From a virus (taxonomy: Duplodnaviria > Heunggongvirae > Uroviricota > Caudoviricetes): a stretch of 16,273 nt of DNA. Location of the stretch: positions 1 to 16,273 of IMG/VR virus record IMGVR_UViG_2802429239_000001, one strand, 5' to 3'. This document shows positions 1-7,561 of the stretch, one piece after another. The notes below the pieces were generated by a model. That model made no database searches, was not told the origin of the DNA, and was given only the letters and a program-made list of their open reading frames with translations. The translations under genes and the position numbers were made by a program. Every line of letters starts with the position of its first letter. Position 1 is the stretch's first letter.

Positions 1-792
1 ATGTCCTTAAATGGAGTCAGTGCTGCGATGCGTGAACGGGTATCGCAGCAGTTAAAGGAAATTGAACGGCGGTATGGTGTGAAAGTGCTGTACGCCTGCG
101 AATCAGGGAGTCGCGGCTGGGGTTTTGCTTCGCCAGACAGCGATTATGATGTGCGTTTTTTGTATGTTCATCCGCTGGAATGGTATCTGCGGGTGGAGTC
201 GCCGCGCGATGTTATCGAACTGCCCATCGACGACGAGTTGGATGTTTCAGGCTGGGAGTGGCGTAAGGCGCTGGGATTATTGAAAGGCGCGAACCCGACG
301 CTGATTGAATGGCTGGACTCACCGGTGGTCTATCAGCAAGACGAAGAAACGATAACGGCGCTAAAAGCGATGACGCCGAAGTGGTTTTCTCCGCTACGTG
401 CGCGCTGGCATTATTATTCGATGGCGCGAAAAAACTTTCGCGGTTATTTGCAGGGCGACGAAGTTCGGCTGAAAAAATACTTTTACGTACTGCGCCCGCT
501 ATTGGCTGTGCGCTGGGTCGAATCGGGTAAAGGTGTGCCGCCAATGCGCTTTGCCGAGCTACTGGCGGGAAGCGAACTTGATGCGCCGTTACGCGCAGAA
601 ATAGACGAATTGCTGGAACGTAAACAGCGCGCAGGAGAAGCGGAATATGGTCCGCGCCGTCCATTGCTACATGCGTTTATTCGTGCAGAACTGGTGCGTG
701 GAGAAATTCCACCGATTTTACCGGACAGCAGAGACGGCGATGTTCGGGAGCTAGATAATTTGCTGTATCAAACAGTATTGCGCCGGGCATAA
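1..792 (+). CDS. Pol-beta-superfamily nucleotidyltransferase, function unknown
   Basis: 263-aa ORF with ATG at 1. N-terminal motif GSRGWGFASPDSDYD fits the G[GS]-x9-13-DxD signature of Pol-beta-type NTases, followed by a helical C-terminal region. Stop codon sits in the loop of the hairpin at 781..801. Confidence 0.6.
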   Translation: MSLNGVSAAMRERVSQQLKEIERRYGVKVLYACESGSRGWGFASPDSDYDVRFLYVHPLEWYLRVESPRDVIELPIDDELDVSGWEWRKALGLLKGANPTLIEWLDSPVVYQQDEETITALKAMTPKWFSPLRARWHYYSMARKNFRGYLQGDEVRLKKYFYVLRPLLAVRWVESGKGVPPMRFAELLAGSELDAPLRAEIDELLERKQRAGEAEYGPRRPLLHAFIRAELVRGEIPPILPDSRDGDVRELDNLLYQTVLRRA

Positions 793-801
793 AGCCCGGC
801 G
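781..801 (+). terminator. Hairpin between convergent genes, likely intrinsic terminator for the NTase gene
   Basis: Perfect 8-bp GC-rich inverted repeat CGCCGGGC / GCCCGGCG with 5-nt loop, followed on the plus strand by TGATTTATT. It lies between the NTase stop (790..792) and the stop of the minus-strand gene (806..808). Confidence 0.4.
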
Positions 802-805
802 TGAT

Positions 806-1261
806 TTATTGCTGGTATTGCCAACTGCTGACTAAAGCGTACAAGTGGTTTGGAGAATAGCGCCAGCTTTCCTTCAGTTGCAGAAATTCAGCACAAAATT
901 CACTGCAAAACAGGCGATCGCGCTGTTCTTTATTACCGGTAATAATTCCTAATGCTCCGCGCCAGTCATATTTCTTGCCATCATGTTTACGGAAAAAAGT
1001 TTCCACATCCTGAAGGCTGGCCTGGAGCGGCAGCATATCCCACTTATCCGCAGGTAACGGCATTATCTTTCCGCGTACACCGCGATCGCGCAGTGATGCA
1101 GAGTAACAAAGGTAACTCTTTTCACCATGCTTAACGGCTAATTCACAGTGGGAATAACTACCGCGTGTGATTTTACGGGTAAGCCAGTCAGCCAGTCGGG
1201 CAATACCAAGGTGTTCTGTTCGGCCCTTATAACAAGCGAGCCAGACAGTGGTTTTACTCAT
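806..1261 (-). CDS. Small protein with possible permuted papain-like (YiiX/YaeF-type) cysteine hydrolase fold; function uncertain
   Basis: 151-aa ORF whose start overlaps the stop of the upstream gene by 4 nt (translational coupling). A His-containing segment (SYSHCELAV) precedes a Cys motif (LFCSEFCAEF), the His-before-Cys order I recall for permuted papain-fold proteins. Family assignment is from memory only. Confidence 0.4.
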   Translation of the reverse strand: MSKTTVWLACYKGRTEHLGIARLADWLTRKITRGSYSHCELAVKHGEKSYLCYSASLRDRGVRGKIMPLPADKWDMLPLQASLQDVETFFRKHDGKKYDWRGALGIITGNKEQRDRLFCSEFCAEFLQLKESWRYSPNHLYALVSSWQYQQ

Positions 1262-1863
1262 GGTTGCCAGCCTGTGGAGTAATCGTAGTCGAGCACCGCC
1301 TGAATATCGTCCAGTGCTTTCACCGCCGCGATATGGCGCTGAGCGTTGGCGAACAGGCGCATATCGTGATCCATTGTTACCGATTCAAACTGAGCGGCGA
1401 TTTCGTTGGTTAACTCAATCAGACCGTTATTTTTAGTTTTCCACATTAAACCTGGAGGGATTTTTTTCTCCGCTCCCATTTTAGTGAGTGAAAGCTGTTG
1501 GATACGGCTGCTTGTATCACTGTGGAAGTGATGGTTGTTGATGATGATGTAATCTACCGTTATTTCATCACGTCGATTTTTTATTTCCTGTGTAACCTGT
1601 GCCTTGGTATTCTCAAGTGCAATGGTAAATAATGTTTTGTCATATACCCATTTATCATTCTCTAAGATGTAAAAATCACCCGGCGGTGGTGTGGTGATAA
1701 TTTTGAATGGGTCAAGACATATCCAGCAGATATTATCCTTTAATTTCCATTGTTCATCATTTACTGGTATTACCGAGTTCGGTAACACAACATTTAATAA
1801 AGAATCATCTATCCAGTCAATAACTTCAAAAGTTACTGGATGGTAATACGCATATCGTGCCAT
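1258..1863 (-). CDS. Putative tail fiber assembly/chaperone protein (positional call)
   Basis: 201-aa ORF starting 5 nt after the tail fiber stop, in the position occupied by P2 G / Mu U-type fiber chaperones. Visibly AT-rich compared with the rest of the tail cluster. No conserved motif recognised with confidence. Confidence 0.4.
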   Translation of the reverse strand: MARYAYYHPVTFEVIDWIDDSLLNVVLPNSVIPVNDEQWKLKDNICWICLDPFKIITTPPPGDFYILENDKWVYDKTLFTIALENTKAQVTQEIKNRRDEITVDYIIINNHHFHSDTSSRIQQLSLTKMGAEKKIPPGLMWKTKNNGLIELTNEIAAQFESVTMDHDMRLFANAQRHIAAVKALDDIQAVLDYDYSTGWQP

Positions 1864-1867
1864 ATTT

Positions 1868-3421
1868 TCACCATGATATTTTTACAAAGCCATCTGAGCC
1901 GCGTCCGCCGGAAAAAGATGCTGATGTTTGATTATTTGCTGCACTACCACCAGCACCACCGGCACCATAACCAACGGCATTACCTCCGTTAGAAAGGGCT
2001 AAACCAATCCCCCCTAGGCCATATAGTGAATTCATTCCATTCCCACCAGGAGCAGAGTGTTGGTCAACCATGGTATTCCCACTACCGTTTCCACCTGTTC
2101 CCCCGTAAGCTACGCTGTCAGCAAATGATGAGTTCCCGCCTTGCATGCCATCTGAGCCATGAACATTCCAAAGAATACCTCCAGTTGATCCCATCTTTGA
2201 TTCTAATTTTCCCCCTTGACCACCTACACCTCCCGCTCCGACAGTGACAGCGTAATTTGTTCCTGGAATGACTGTGACTATTGATAATTTTGTTTCTCCG
2301 CATTGACCGCCAAAACCCTGTGTACTATATGGAAAACCAGAGTTTCCTTTTGCGTATCCACCGCCACCGCCACCGCCACCGCCACCGAGCATTTCTATAA
2401 AAAGTAAGGACACCCCATCAGGAACAGTAAACGTTCCATTGGTGGTAAAGAACTGGATGTGAGAATTCGTTGACCTACTATATGCAGCACCAGCCTTATC
2501 ATACGCCGCTTTCACCGCACTCGGCGTAGCCGCCTCCGTCGTACTGTTGCTATCCGTCGCATTATTAAGCTTCACAATCCCTTTTTGCGACAGGGTGCCG
2601 TCTGGAACACCCGTAATCTGTCCCCATGGGTGAGTATGGTTTCCCGCAGCCTTACTATTCGCCAGGTCATACGCCGCCTTCACCGCGCTCGGTGTTGCCG
2701 CCTCTGTCGTGCTGGTGCTATCAATCGCGTTACTAAGCTTCACAATCCCTTTTTGCGTCAGCGTACCATCCGGAATATCAGTAATCTGACTCCAGGTATG
2801 ACGATGATTTCGTGCCTCAATCATCGCCGCTTTCACCGCTTTTGGCGTAGCCGCTTTGGTTTCGTCATCACTGTCAGTGGCATTACTTAACTGCGTAAAG
2901 CCTTTTTGCGATAACGTAGCATCAGGGTGATTAGTCGAACGTTCATGTTCATCCAGTTGCGAATCAACATAATCTCGTGTTGCCAGCACAATACTGGGGT
3001 CAACGGTGAGTGTTACCGCTGCCGTGTTGGAAACTTCCATAATGAGACGAATGCAAACTTGCTTACCGCTGCCGCCGGGTAATAGCGGTTTATACGACTC
3101 CGGGAATTTACCGATAGCAATGAGTTCACCGTCAGTATCAAAAACACCGACTTCACGTACATACCAGCCGCCGATATTTTCGGGCAGTACAAGTTCCGCA
3201 ATTAACCAGTTAGGATTATTGGGCGCAACTGTTAATGTATTTAAATCACCTCGCCAGACTTCATGACGTAATTTAGTTTGGCTGACGGTGGGTTCATAAT
3301 ATTGCCCTCCGCTGTCGCCAACAGCCATTTTTTGTAGATGAAGCTGTTTTTTATCCGCCAGAGCATTAGCAATTTTTGCCATCCCTCTGTCGGTGAGTAG
3401 AGTATAAAACTCATTATCCAT
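1868..3421 (-). CDS. Tail fiber protein (P2 gpH / Mu S-like N-terminus, tandem fiber repeats, Gly-rich C-terminal tip)
   Basis: 517 aa. N-terminal 150 aa follow the P2 H-type pattern (MAVGDSGG..., HEVWRGDLN..., IAELVLPENIGGWYVREVGVFDTDGELIA..., ESYKP..., ATRDYVD). Three degenerate ~55-aa repeats follow (TLSQKG[IF]VKL[SN]NA.DS...TEAATP.AVKAAYD). The C-terminal ~180 aa are extremely Gly-rich, including a 10-residue poly-Gly. Confidence 0.9.
   Translation of the reverse strand: MDNEFYTLLTDRGMAKIANALADKKQLHLQKMAVGDSGGQYYEPTVSQTKLRHEVWRGDLNTLTVAPNNPNWLIAELVLPENIGGWYVREVGVFDTDGELIAIGKFPESYKPLLPGGSGKQVCIRLIMEVSNTAAVTLTVDPSIVLATRDYVDSQLDEHERSTNHPDATLSQKGFTQLSNATDSDDETKAATPKAVKAAMIEARNHRHTWSQITDIPDGTLTQKGIVKLSNAIDSTSTTEAATPSAVKAAYDLANSKAAGNHTHPWGQITGVPDGTLSQKGIVKLNNATDSNSTTEAATPSAVKAAYDKAGAAYSRSTNSHIQFFTTNGTFTVPDGVSLLFIEMLGGGGGGGGGGYAKGNSGFPYSTQGFGGQCGETKLSIVTVIPGTNYAVTVGAGGVGGQGGKLESKMGSTGGILWNVHGSDGMQGGNSSFADSVAYGGTGGNGSGNTMVDQHSAPGGNGMNSLYGLGGIGLALSNGGNAVGYGAGGAGGSAANNQTSASFSGGRGSDGFVKISW
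2358..2387 (-). repeat. Perfect hexanucleotide tandem repeat (CCACCG)x5, encoding the poly-Gly run of the tail fiber
   Basis: Plus-strand CCACCG repeated 5 times without interruption; on the coding strand this reads GGTGGC/GGTGGC... giving GGGGGGGGGG. Confidence 0.85.
2464..2914 (-). repeat. Three degenerate tandem repeats (~170-180 bp each) inside the tail fiber gene
   Basis: Long near-identical DNA stretches recur, e.g. AAGCTTCACAATCCCTTTTTGCG and GCCGCCTTCACCGC.CTCGG.GT.GCCGCCTC.GTCGT; they correspond to the protein repeats. Boundaries are approximate. Confidence 0.7.
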
Positions 3422-3423
3422 AA

Positions 3424-4071
3424 TTACTCCGGGTAAATAGATGTAATTTCAAGGCTCCATTGCCCTGTTCCGTAATAGATTGATGTGTTTTGCTGTACTT
3501 CCCGTATCTGGAAAGGTAAAACCGTCGTCAGTTCACCACCATAAAGTGCACAGCCAATAACAGGAATAGCACTTTGGTTAATGATCCAGACAATTAATGC
3601 TTCCAGTTTTGAACGTGTGTTTTTATATTCATGAATGAGTTCTACCAGATTATTGAAAAGGTTTTCATCCATGCCTTTATCCACCAGCTCTATATCAACC
3701 TTAAAAAAATAAGCCTTCCCCCCATATTCAAACCATTCTGAAATAGTTCCTGGTAGCGAAAGTATTTCCAGCACCCGCCGTACCGCCCAAATCGTTCCTT
3801 TATATTTATGCAGCTCAATGGCTTGCTTAATTAACTCGCGCTTCTCCCGTTCATCAGTGGTAAATAACCAACCTTCCAGCCCCTGAACGTGAAATTGTTC
3901 TGCAAGGGCAGGTAATGCCGAAGCATCAACCAGGTCTACCAGATAAACCATCAACGCTGTCAGATCGAGTTGGGCAAAACGCTCGGCAGCGATATTTGCC
4001 AGAGTTGAAAAACGCTCATCGCTGGCAAGCGGCGGTGGCGGCAGCAATTTATCCATCGCTGACTCCGGCAA
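3424..4071 (-). CDS. Baseplate/tail protein, P2 gpI-like (Mu gp48-like)
   Basis: 215 aa. Motifs HKYKGTIWAVRRVLEILS and a C-terminal ...YPE parallel the P2 gpI pattern (HCHKGTIGAIRRVVEPLG ... YPG) as I recall it. Sits between the gpJ-like gene and the tail fiber, as in P2/Mu. Confidence 0.8.
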   Translation of the reverse strand: MPESAMDKLLPPPPLASDERFSTLANIAAERFAQLDLTALMVYLVDLVDASALPALAEQFHVQGLEGWLFTTDEREKRELIKQAIELHKYKGTIWAVRRVLEILSLPGTISEWFEYGGKAYFFKVDIELVDKGMDENLFNNLVELIHEYKNTRSKLEALIVWIINQSAIPVIGCALYGGELTTVLPFQIREVQQNTSIYYGTGQWSLEITSIYPE

Positions 4072-5164
4072 TCGTGACGTCTATCGCGGTGCATTCCGCC
4101 CACTCATGCGCCTGCAAAATACGTTTTGTAGGCATATTCAGCGCAACGTCATAGACACCATCGACTTGTAACACTTTGATTATCTGGTTTGGCACAATGT
4201 CCCGTCCCAGATGTTTCTGCCGCTGTTGCGTCCAGAGGCTAATCGCTTTACGCGCCGCAGCCAGCGTTGTCTCCTGATCGGCAGTGGTAAACAGTGTGAG
4301 CTGCGCACGGATTTCATACGGCACCCTAACGGCGCATTTCGCACTTACTTTGTCGGTCAGCGGACGTTTTTTCTCCTTGCTAACCTCCAGTTCAATTTGC
4401 GCGAGCAGTTCCACGCCCGGCAGACCATTCAGCGTTAGCGGGTAGATCTCCACGCAGCCTTCTGGCAATCCTTCGTCCGGCCCCAGTACCGCGACGTCAA
4501 TAATCGACTGGCTTACGGAAAGCGTATGAAAGCGGTAGGCACCATAGCTGCCCGCATTGCTGAAACTTTCCGGCGCCAGTTGGATCCGCTGGCGTAGTGC
4601 GTCATCACTCTCTTCACCGCAGCCGCCGGTTGAGGCCGTCAGGTTGGTCACGCTGATATCGTAATAACCAATCCTGTCAACAAGGGCGCTAATCTGTGCA
4701 GGCTGCCAGCCATTGCCCGCTTCGCCTGTTGCCAGACTGGTGGCGGGAACGGCGATATGCAAACTTCCCGCCGGAATCAGAACATCTTCATCGGTAGCAA
4801 ACATCACGCTGTCAGAGGCGCTGGCACGTGTTCCTTGTGGAATTAGAATGTTATTTCGATTCTTACTGGCTACCGAAAACAGCAACGTGGTTTTTGCCGG
4901 TTGTGCAGGTAAGCGGTGAACGCCCACCAGCTCACCTAAATAATCCAGCATTGGCGCGCGGGAATACGCGACCAGATTCTGTTTCGCCGCTTCCTGAATG
5001 GCGATGCGTACAAGGTTTTCACGATAGGCAAAAAGGTCAATCAGCAACCGCTCGGCCTGTGCCGGGTAGAGCTTTTTGCCGCTGGCATCTTCATACTGCG
5101 CAATCATCTCGCTGGTAATTTGCGCAGGATCGCGGTCAATAAAATCGGGTTCGGCTATCGCCAT
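4049..5164 (-). CDS. Baseplate assembly protein J (gpJ-like)
   Basis: 371 aa with gpJ-type segments (LRQRIQLAPESFSNAGSYGAYRFHTLSVSQ..., ...GRDIVPNQIIKVLQVDGVYDV...). Overlaps the gpW-like gene upstream and the gpI-like gene downstream. Confidence 0.85.
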   Translation of the reverse strand: MAIAEPDFIDRDPAQITSEMIAQYEDASGKKLYPAQAERLLIDLFAYRENLVRIAIQEAAKQNLVAYSRAPMLDYLGELVGVHRLPAQPAKTTLLFSVASKNRNNILIPQGTRASASDSVMFATDEDVLIPAGSLHIAVPATSLATGEAGNGWQPAQISALVDRIGYYDISVTNLTASTGGCGEESDDALRQRIQLAPESFSNAGSYGAYRFHTLSVSQSIIDVAVLGPDEGLPEGCVEIYPLTLNGLPGVELLAQIELEVSKEKKRPLTDKVSAKCAVRVPYEIRAQLTLFTTADQETTLAAARKAISLWTQQRQKHLGRDIVPNQIIKVLQVDGVYDVALNMPTKRILQAHEWAECTAIDVTIAGVSDG

Positions 5165-5514
5165 AACACCTCCGTTGAGTTGATTACGCCGTCAGCGGCG
5201 CGCCATTGCACACGTAACGTCAGATGTTCCCCGTCGATTACCGGTGTCACCTTCAGCAACCGGCAGCGCGGTTCCCACTGGCGGATGGCCTCTACCGACT
5301 CCCTTACCACATGCGGAATCGCCCGCTCGATGGGATAATCGATGTAGTGCCACAAGTTGCTGCCAAACAGCGGTCTGTGGGGATCACTGCCGCGCGGTGT
5401 GCGCAGAATGATGTGTATTGCCTGGTGAATATCATCCAGTCCGCAGACGTATTCTTCAGGCCGCTGCAAGGCTGGTTGCCAGTGCAGCGTAGAGGGGCGT
5501 GTTGTCGTGTTCAT
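5155..5514 (-). CDS. Baseplate wedge protein, gpW / gp25-like
   Basis: 119 aa; segment LDDIHQAIHIILRTPRGSDPHRPLFGSNLWHYIDYP matches the gpW/gp25 core (cf. P2 W LEHISQSIGDILRTPVGSRVMRRDYGSLLASMIDQP from memory). Confidence 0.8.
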   Translation of the reverse strand: MNTTTRPSTLHWQPALQRPEEYVCGLDDIHQAIHIILRTPRGSDPHRPLFGSNLWHYIDYPIERAIPHVVRESVEAIRQWEPRCRLLKVTPVIDGEHLTLRVQWRAADGVINSTEVLWR

Positions 5515-5575
5515 GAGGGTATTTTCGCCCTGAACAGGCGGCGGGGATATTAAAGCGATTTAAAAAACTGATTGA

Positions 5576-5607
5576 TTAAAAAGAGAAAACCCGCCATCAG
5601 GCGGGTT
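5576..5607 (-). terminator. Intrinsic-terminator-like hairpin plus U-tract between the gpV and gpW genes
   Basis: On the minus-strand transcript, just after the gpV stop (5613..5615): AACCCGCC-UGAU-GGCGGGUU (8-bp GC-rich stem, 4-nt loop) followed directly by UUCUCUUUUU. Confidence 0.55.
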
Positions 5608-5612
5608 AAACG

Positions 5613-6314
5613 TCAGTGTGAATGGTGGTTGGAGTTGCCACCGCTGTCCTGCAATGTGCCGCTGGCCTGAACGTTACCAATCACATTAACATTGCCAGTT
5701 ATCGTGGCGGCGTTGCCGATGCCTCCACTTCCTGCCATGCCACCAAGCCAGGTGAGTTTTTTCATCACCGTGACGTTGCCGGTAAAGGTGCTCATGGGCG
5801 CATCTACCGTCACTGCTGCCGCTTTAACATCGACCTTACTGGCTTCAATGCTGACATCGGTGGCTTTCACATCAACAGTGTCGGAAGTCACGGTGACGTG
5901 TTGGGCTTTAACCTCAACGTTGGGCGATGTCAGGCTGGTACGGTCAATAACCTCAATCACGATTTTTTCGATGCCACCATTAATCGTAAGCTGGTGGGTG
6001 CTGCGGTCATATTCAAACGCTGCGCCATCAGAAAACTGGACATAGCGTTTGTCGCGCGATGCTACTGGCGCGGTATCTACCGTTGAATATACTGCGCCCA
6101 GCACCACGCCATCTTCACCGTTATCATCCAGCAGAACTTCCACCTGTTCGCCCATATCCGGTAGCCAGTAATCCTTATTGTCCTGAGAATTGCGCTGCAG
6201 CACCGCAAGCCAGTTACTCTTCAGATTGTCACACTCTGGTAGCGTGACCCGCACCCGAACGCTGGTTTCGTCAATATCGCTGATAATCCCCGTTTGCCGG
6301 GTTACTCCTTTCAT
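5613..6314 (-). CDS. Baseplate spike/assembly protein V (gpV-like)
   Basis: 233 aa. N-terminal OB-like region with a GEQV motif and the FxDGAxxEYD segment parallels P2 gpV; a repetitive V.V.-rich beta-helix-like section follows; C-terminus ends in a His cluster (NHHSH). Confidence 0.85.
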   Translation of the reverse strand: MKGVTRQTGIISDIDETSVRVRVTLPECDNLKSNWLAVLQRNSQDNKDYWLPDMGEQVEVLLDDNGEDGVVLGAVYSTVDTAPVASRDKRYVQFSDGAAFEYDRSTHQLTINGGIEKIVIEVIDRTSLTSPNVEVKAQHVTVTSDTVDVKATDVSIEASKVDVKAAAVTVDAPMSTFTGNVTVMKKLTWLGGMAGSGGIGNAATITGNVNVIGNVQASGTLQDSGGNSNHHSH

Positions 6315-6323
6315 ATTGCCTCC

Positions 6324-7364
6324 TTACTGGCTGGTCGCTGGCCCGCGTGAAACGTCGATTTCAGTGGTATAGCCGCTGCGCACAAAACTGTGAGTAGATT
6401 TATCAATCAGCCACTGACCGGAAAGCACACCAAAATCGGTTAGCTCGATTTTATTGCCTGCCGTCAGTTCCGGGCAGCCCATCATCCTGAGCGTTCCGGT
6501 TTGTTGATATTCGTTGTGGCTGTCGAGCGCGGCGTTGGCCTTTGCCTGTGCCGCGCCAACGTCCGGCGCCCGACTGTTCAGTTTCAGCGTGTCGGCACTG
6601 GTGCCGACTCCACGGGCAGACGGCTTTTGCTGGCTGTCGTGAGTGTAGATAACCAGTTCTTTTTTCTTACTATTTTGATGCTGTACGGTGGCGTTTTTGT
6701 AGATGCGGTTAATGGTATCTTTGAAGGTGAAATGCGAAACGTCTTTGCGGTCGATCTTTTTCACCGGCGCCAGGCAGCGCAGCGTGGGTAAATGCGAAAA
6801 AATCAGTTCTTTGGTGGTCACCTTTACCGCATAGCCATATTCGCTGGCCAGGCGCTTGAGAAATCCGACATCGGTTTCGCCGTACTGTGTCACCCGGTCA
6901 ATCGTCAGCGGCTCGATTTTGCCCACCAGCGTCAGGCCGTGAGTTTGCGCGATACGGCTGGCGATGGCTGAAAGCGTTGTCTCTTCAAAGCCCTGACTGT
7001 TACGGGTGCGCAGCGCCTGATTGACGGAAGTGGCGATGCCATCAATATTTACCGTGGAAGGTGGTGCTGAAATGTCAATTTTATCAATGATATATTGACC
7101 ACAATCGAGCAGTTTTTCCCCCTGATAACCCATATGTAGCGCCAGCGTATCGCCTTTGCCGGGATACCACTCTTTTATCCAGCGTCCATCGGTGTCATCC
7201 AGTGTGATCGCGATGGTATCCGACTCGTTTTTAATACTGTCCTGGTAACTGATGCTGGTGACATAAGGCGTGATGTCATAAGTGATATCTTTATGCCCAT
7301 ACCACAGGGTAAAAATGGGCGCGAGCGTGGCAAAGACGCCGCCAGTTACGCTTATCTCAGCCAT
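6324..7364 (-). CDS. Tail/baseplate hub protein, gpD-like (Mu gp44-like)
   Basis: 346 aa, in the gpD position immediately upstream of the gpV gene; overall pattern (ITLDDTDG..., tail ...GQWLIDKSTHSF...GYTTEIDV) is consistent with the phage late control gene D family. Confidence 0.8.
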   Translation of the reverse strand: MAEISVTGGVFATLAPIFTLWYGHKDITYDITPYVTSISYQDSIKNESDTIAITLDDTDGRWIKEWYPGKGDTLALHMGYQGEKLLDCGQYIIDKIDISAPPSTVNIDGIATSVNQALRTRNSQGFEETTLSAIASRIAQTHGLTLVGKIEPLTIDRVTQYGETDVGFLKRLASEYGYAVKVTTKELIFSHLPTLRCLAPVKKIDRKDVSHFTFKDTINRIYKNATVQHQNSKKKELVIYTHDSQQKPSARGVGTSADTLKLNSRAPDVGAAQAKANAALDSHNEYQQTGTLRMMGCPELTAGNKIELTDFGVLSGQWLIDKSTHSFVRSGYTTEIDVSRGPATSQ

Positions 7365-7561
7365 GGTGGGATCTCCGATACGGTCTTGTTGACGGTAATG
7401 ACCGGAATAATGAGCTGAATACCGGCAGGCAGTACCGGGTAAATGGCGACATGTGGATTGGCGGCGATAATGCGTTCATAAGCCAGTGCATCACCGTAGT
7501 AATGCCATGCCAGGTTATCCCAGCGTTCGCCGTCGGTGGTGATATGTTCAAGGTATCGCAT
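7352..7561 (-). CDS. Tail protein X (gpX-like, LysM-like fold)
   Basis: 69 aa; GERWDNLAWHYYGDALAYERIIAANPHVAIYPVLPAGIQLIIP parallels P2 gpX (GDTLDAICVRYYGRTEGVVETVLAANPGLAELGAVLPHGTAVELP, from memory). Confidence 0.75.
   Translation of the reverse strand: MRYLEHITTDGERWDNLAWHYYGDALAYERIIAANPHVAIYPVLPAGIQLIIPVITVNKTVSEIPPWLR

Noticed and set aside
2358-2914. Possibility that the regular repeats are a CRISPR array
   Set aside because: The repeats are in-frame coding repeats (hexamer and ~175-bp protein-coding units) inside a tail fiber gene, with no spacer-repeat structure and no cas genes.
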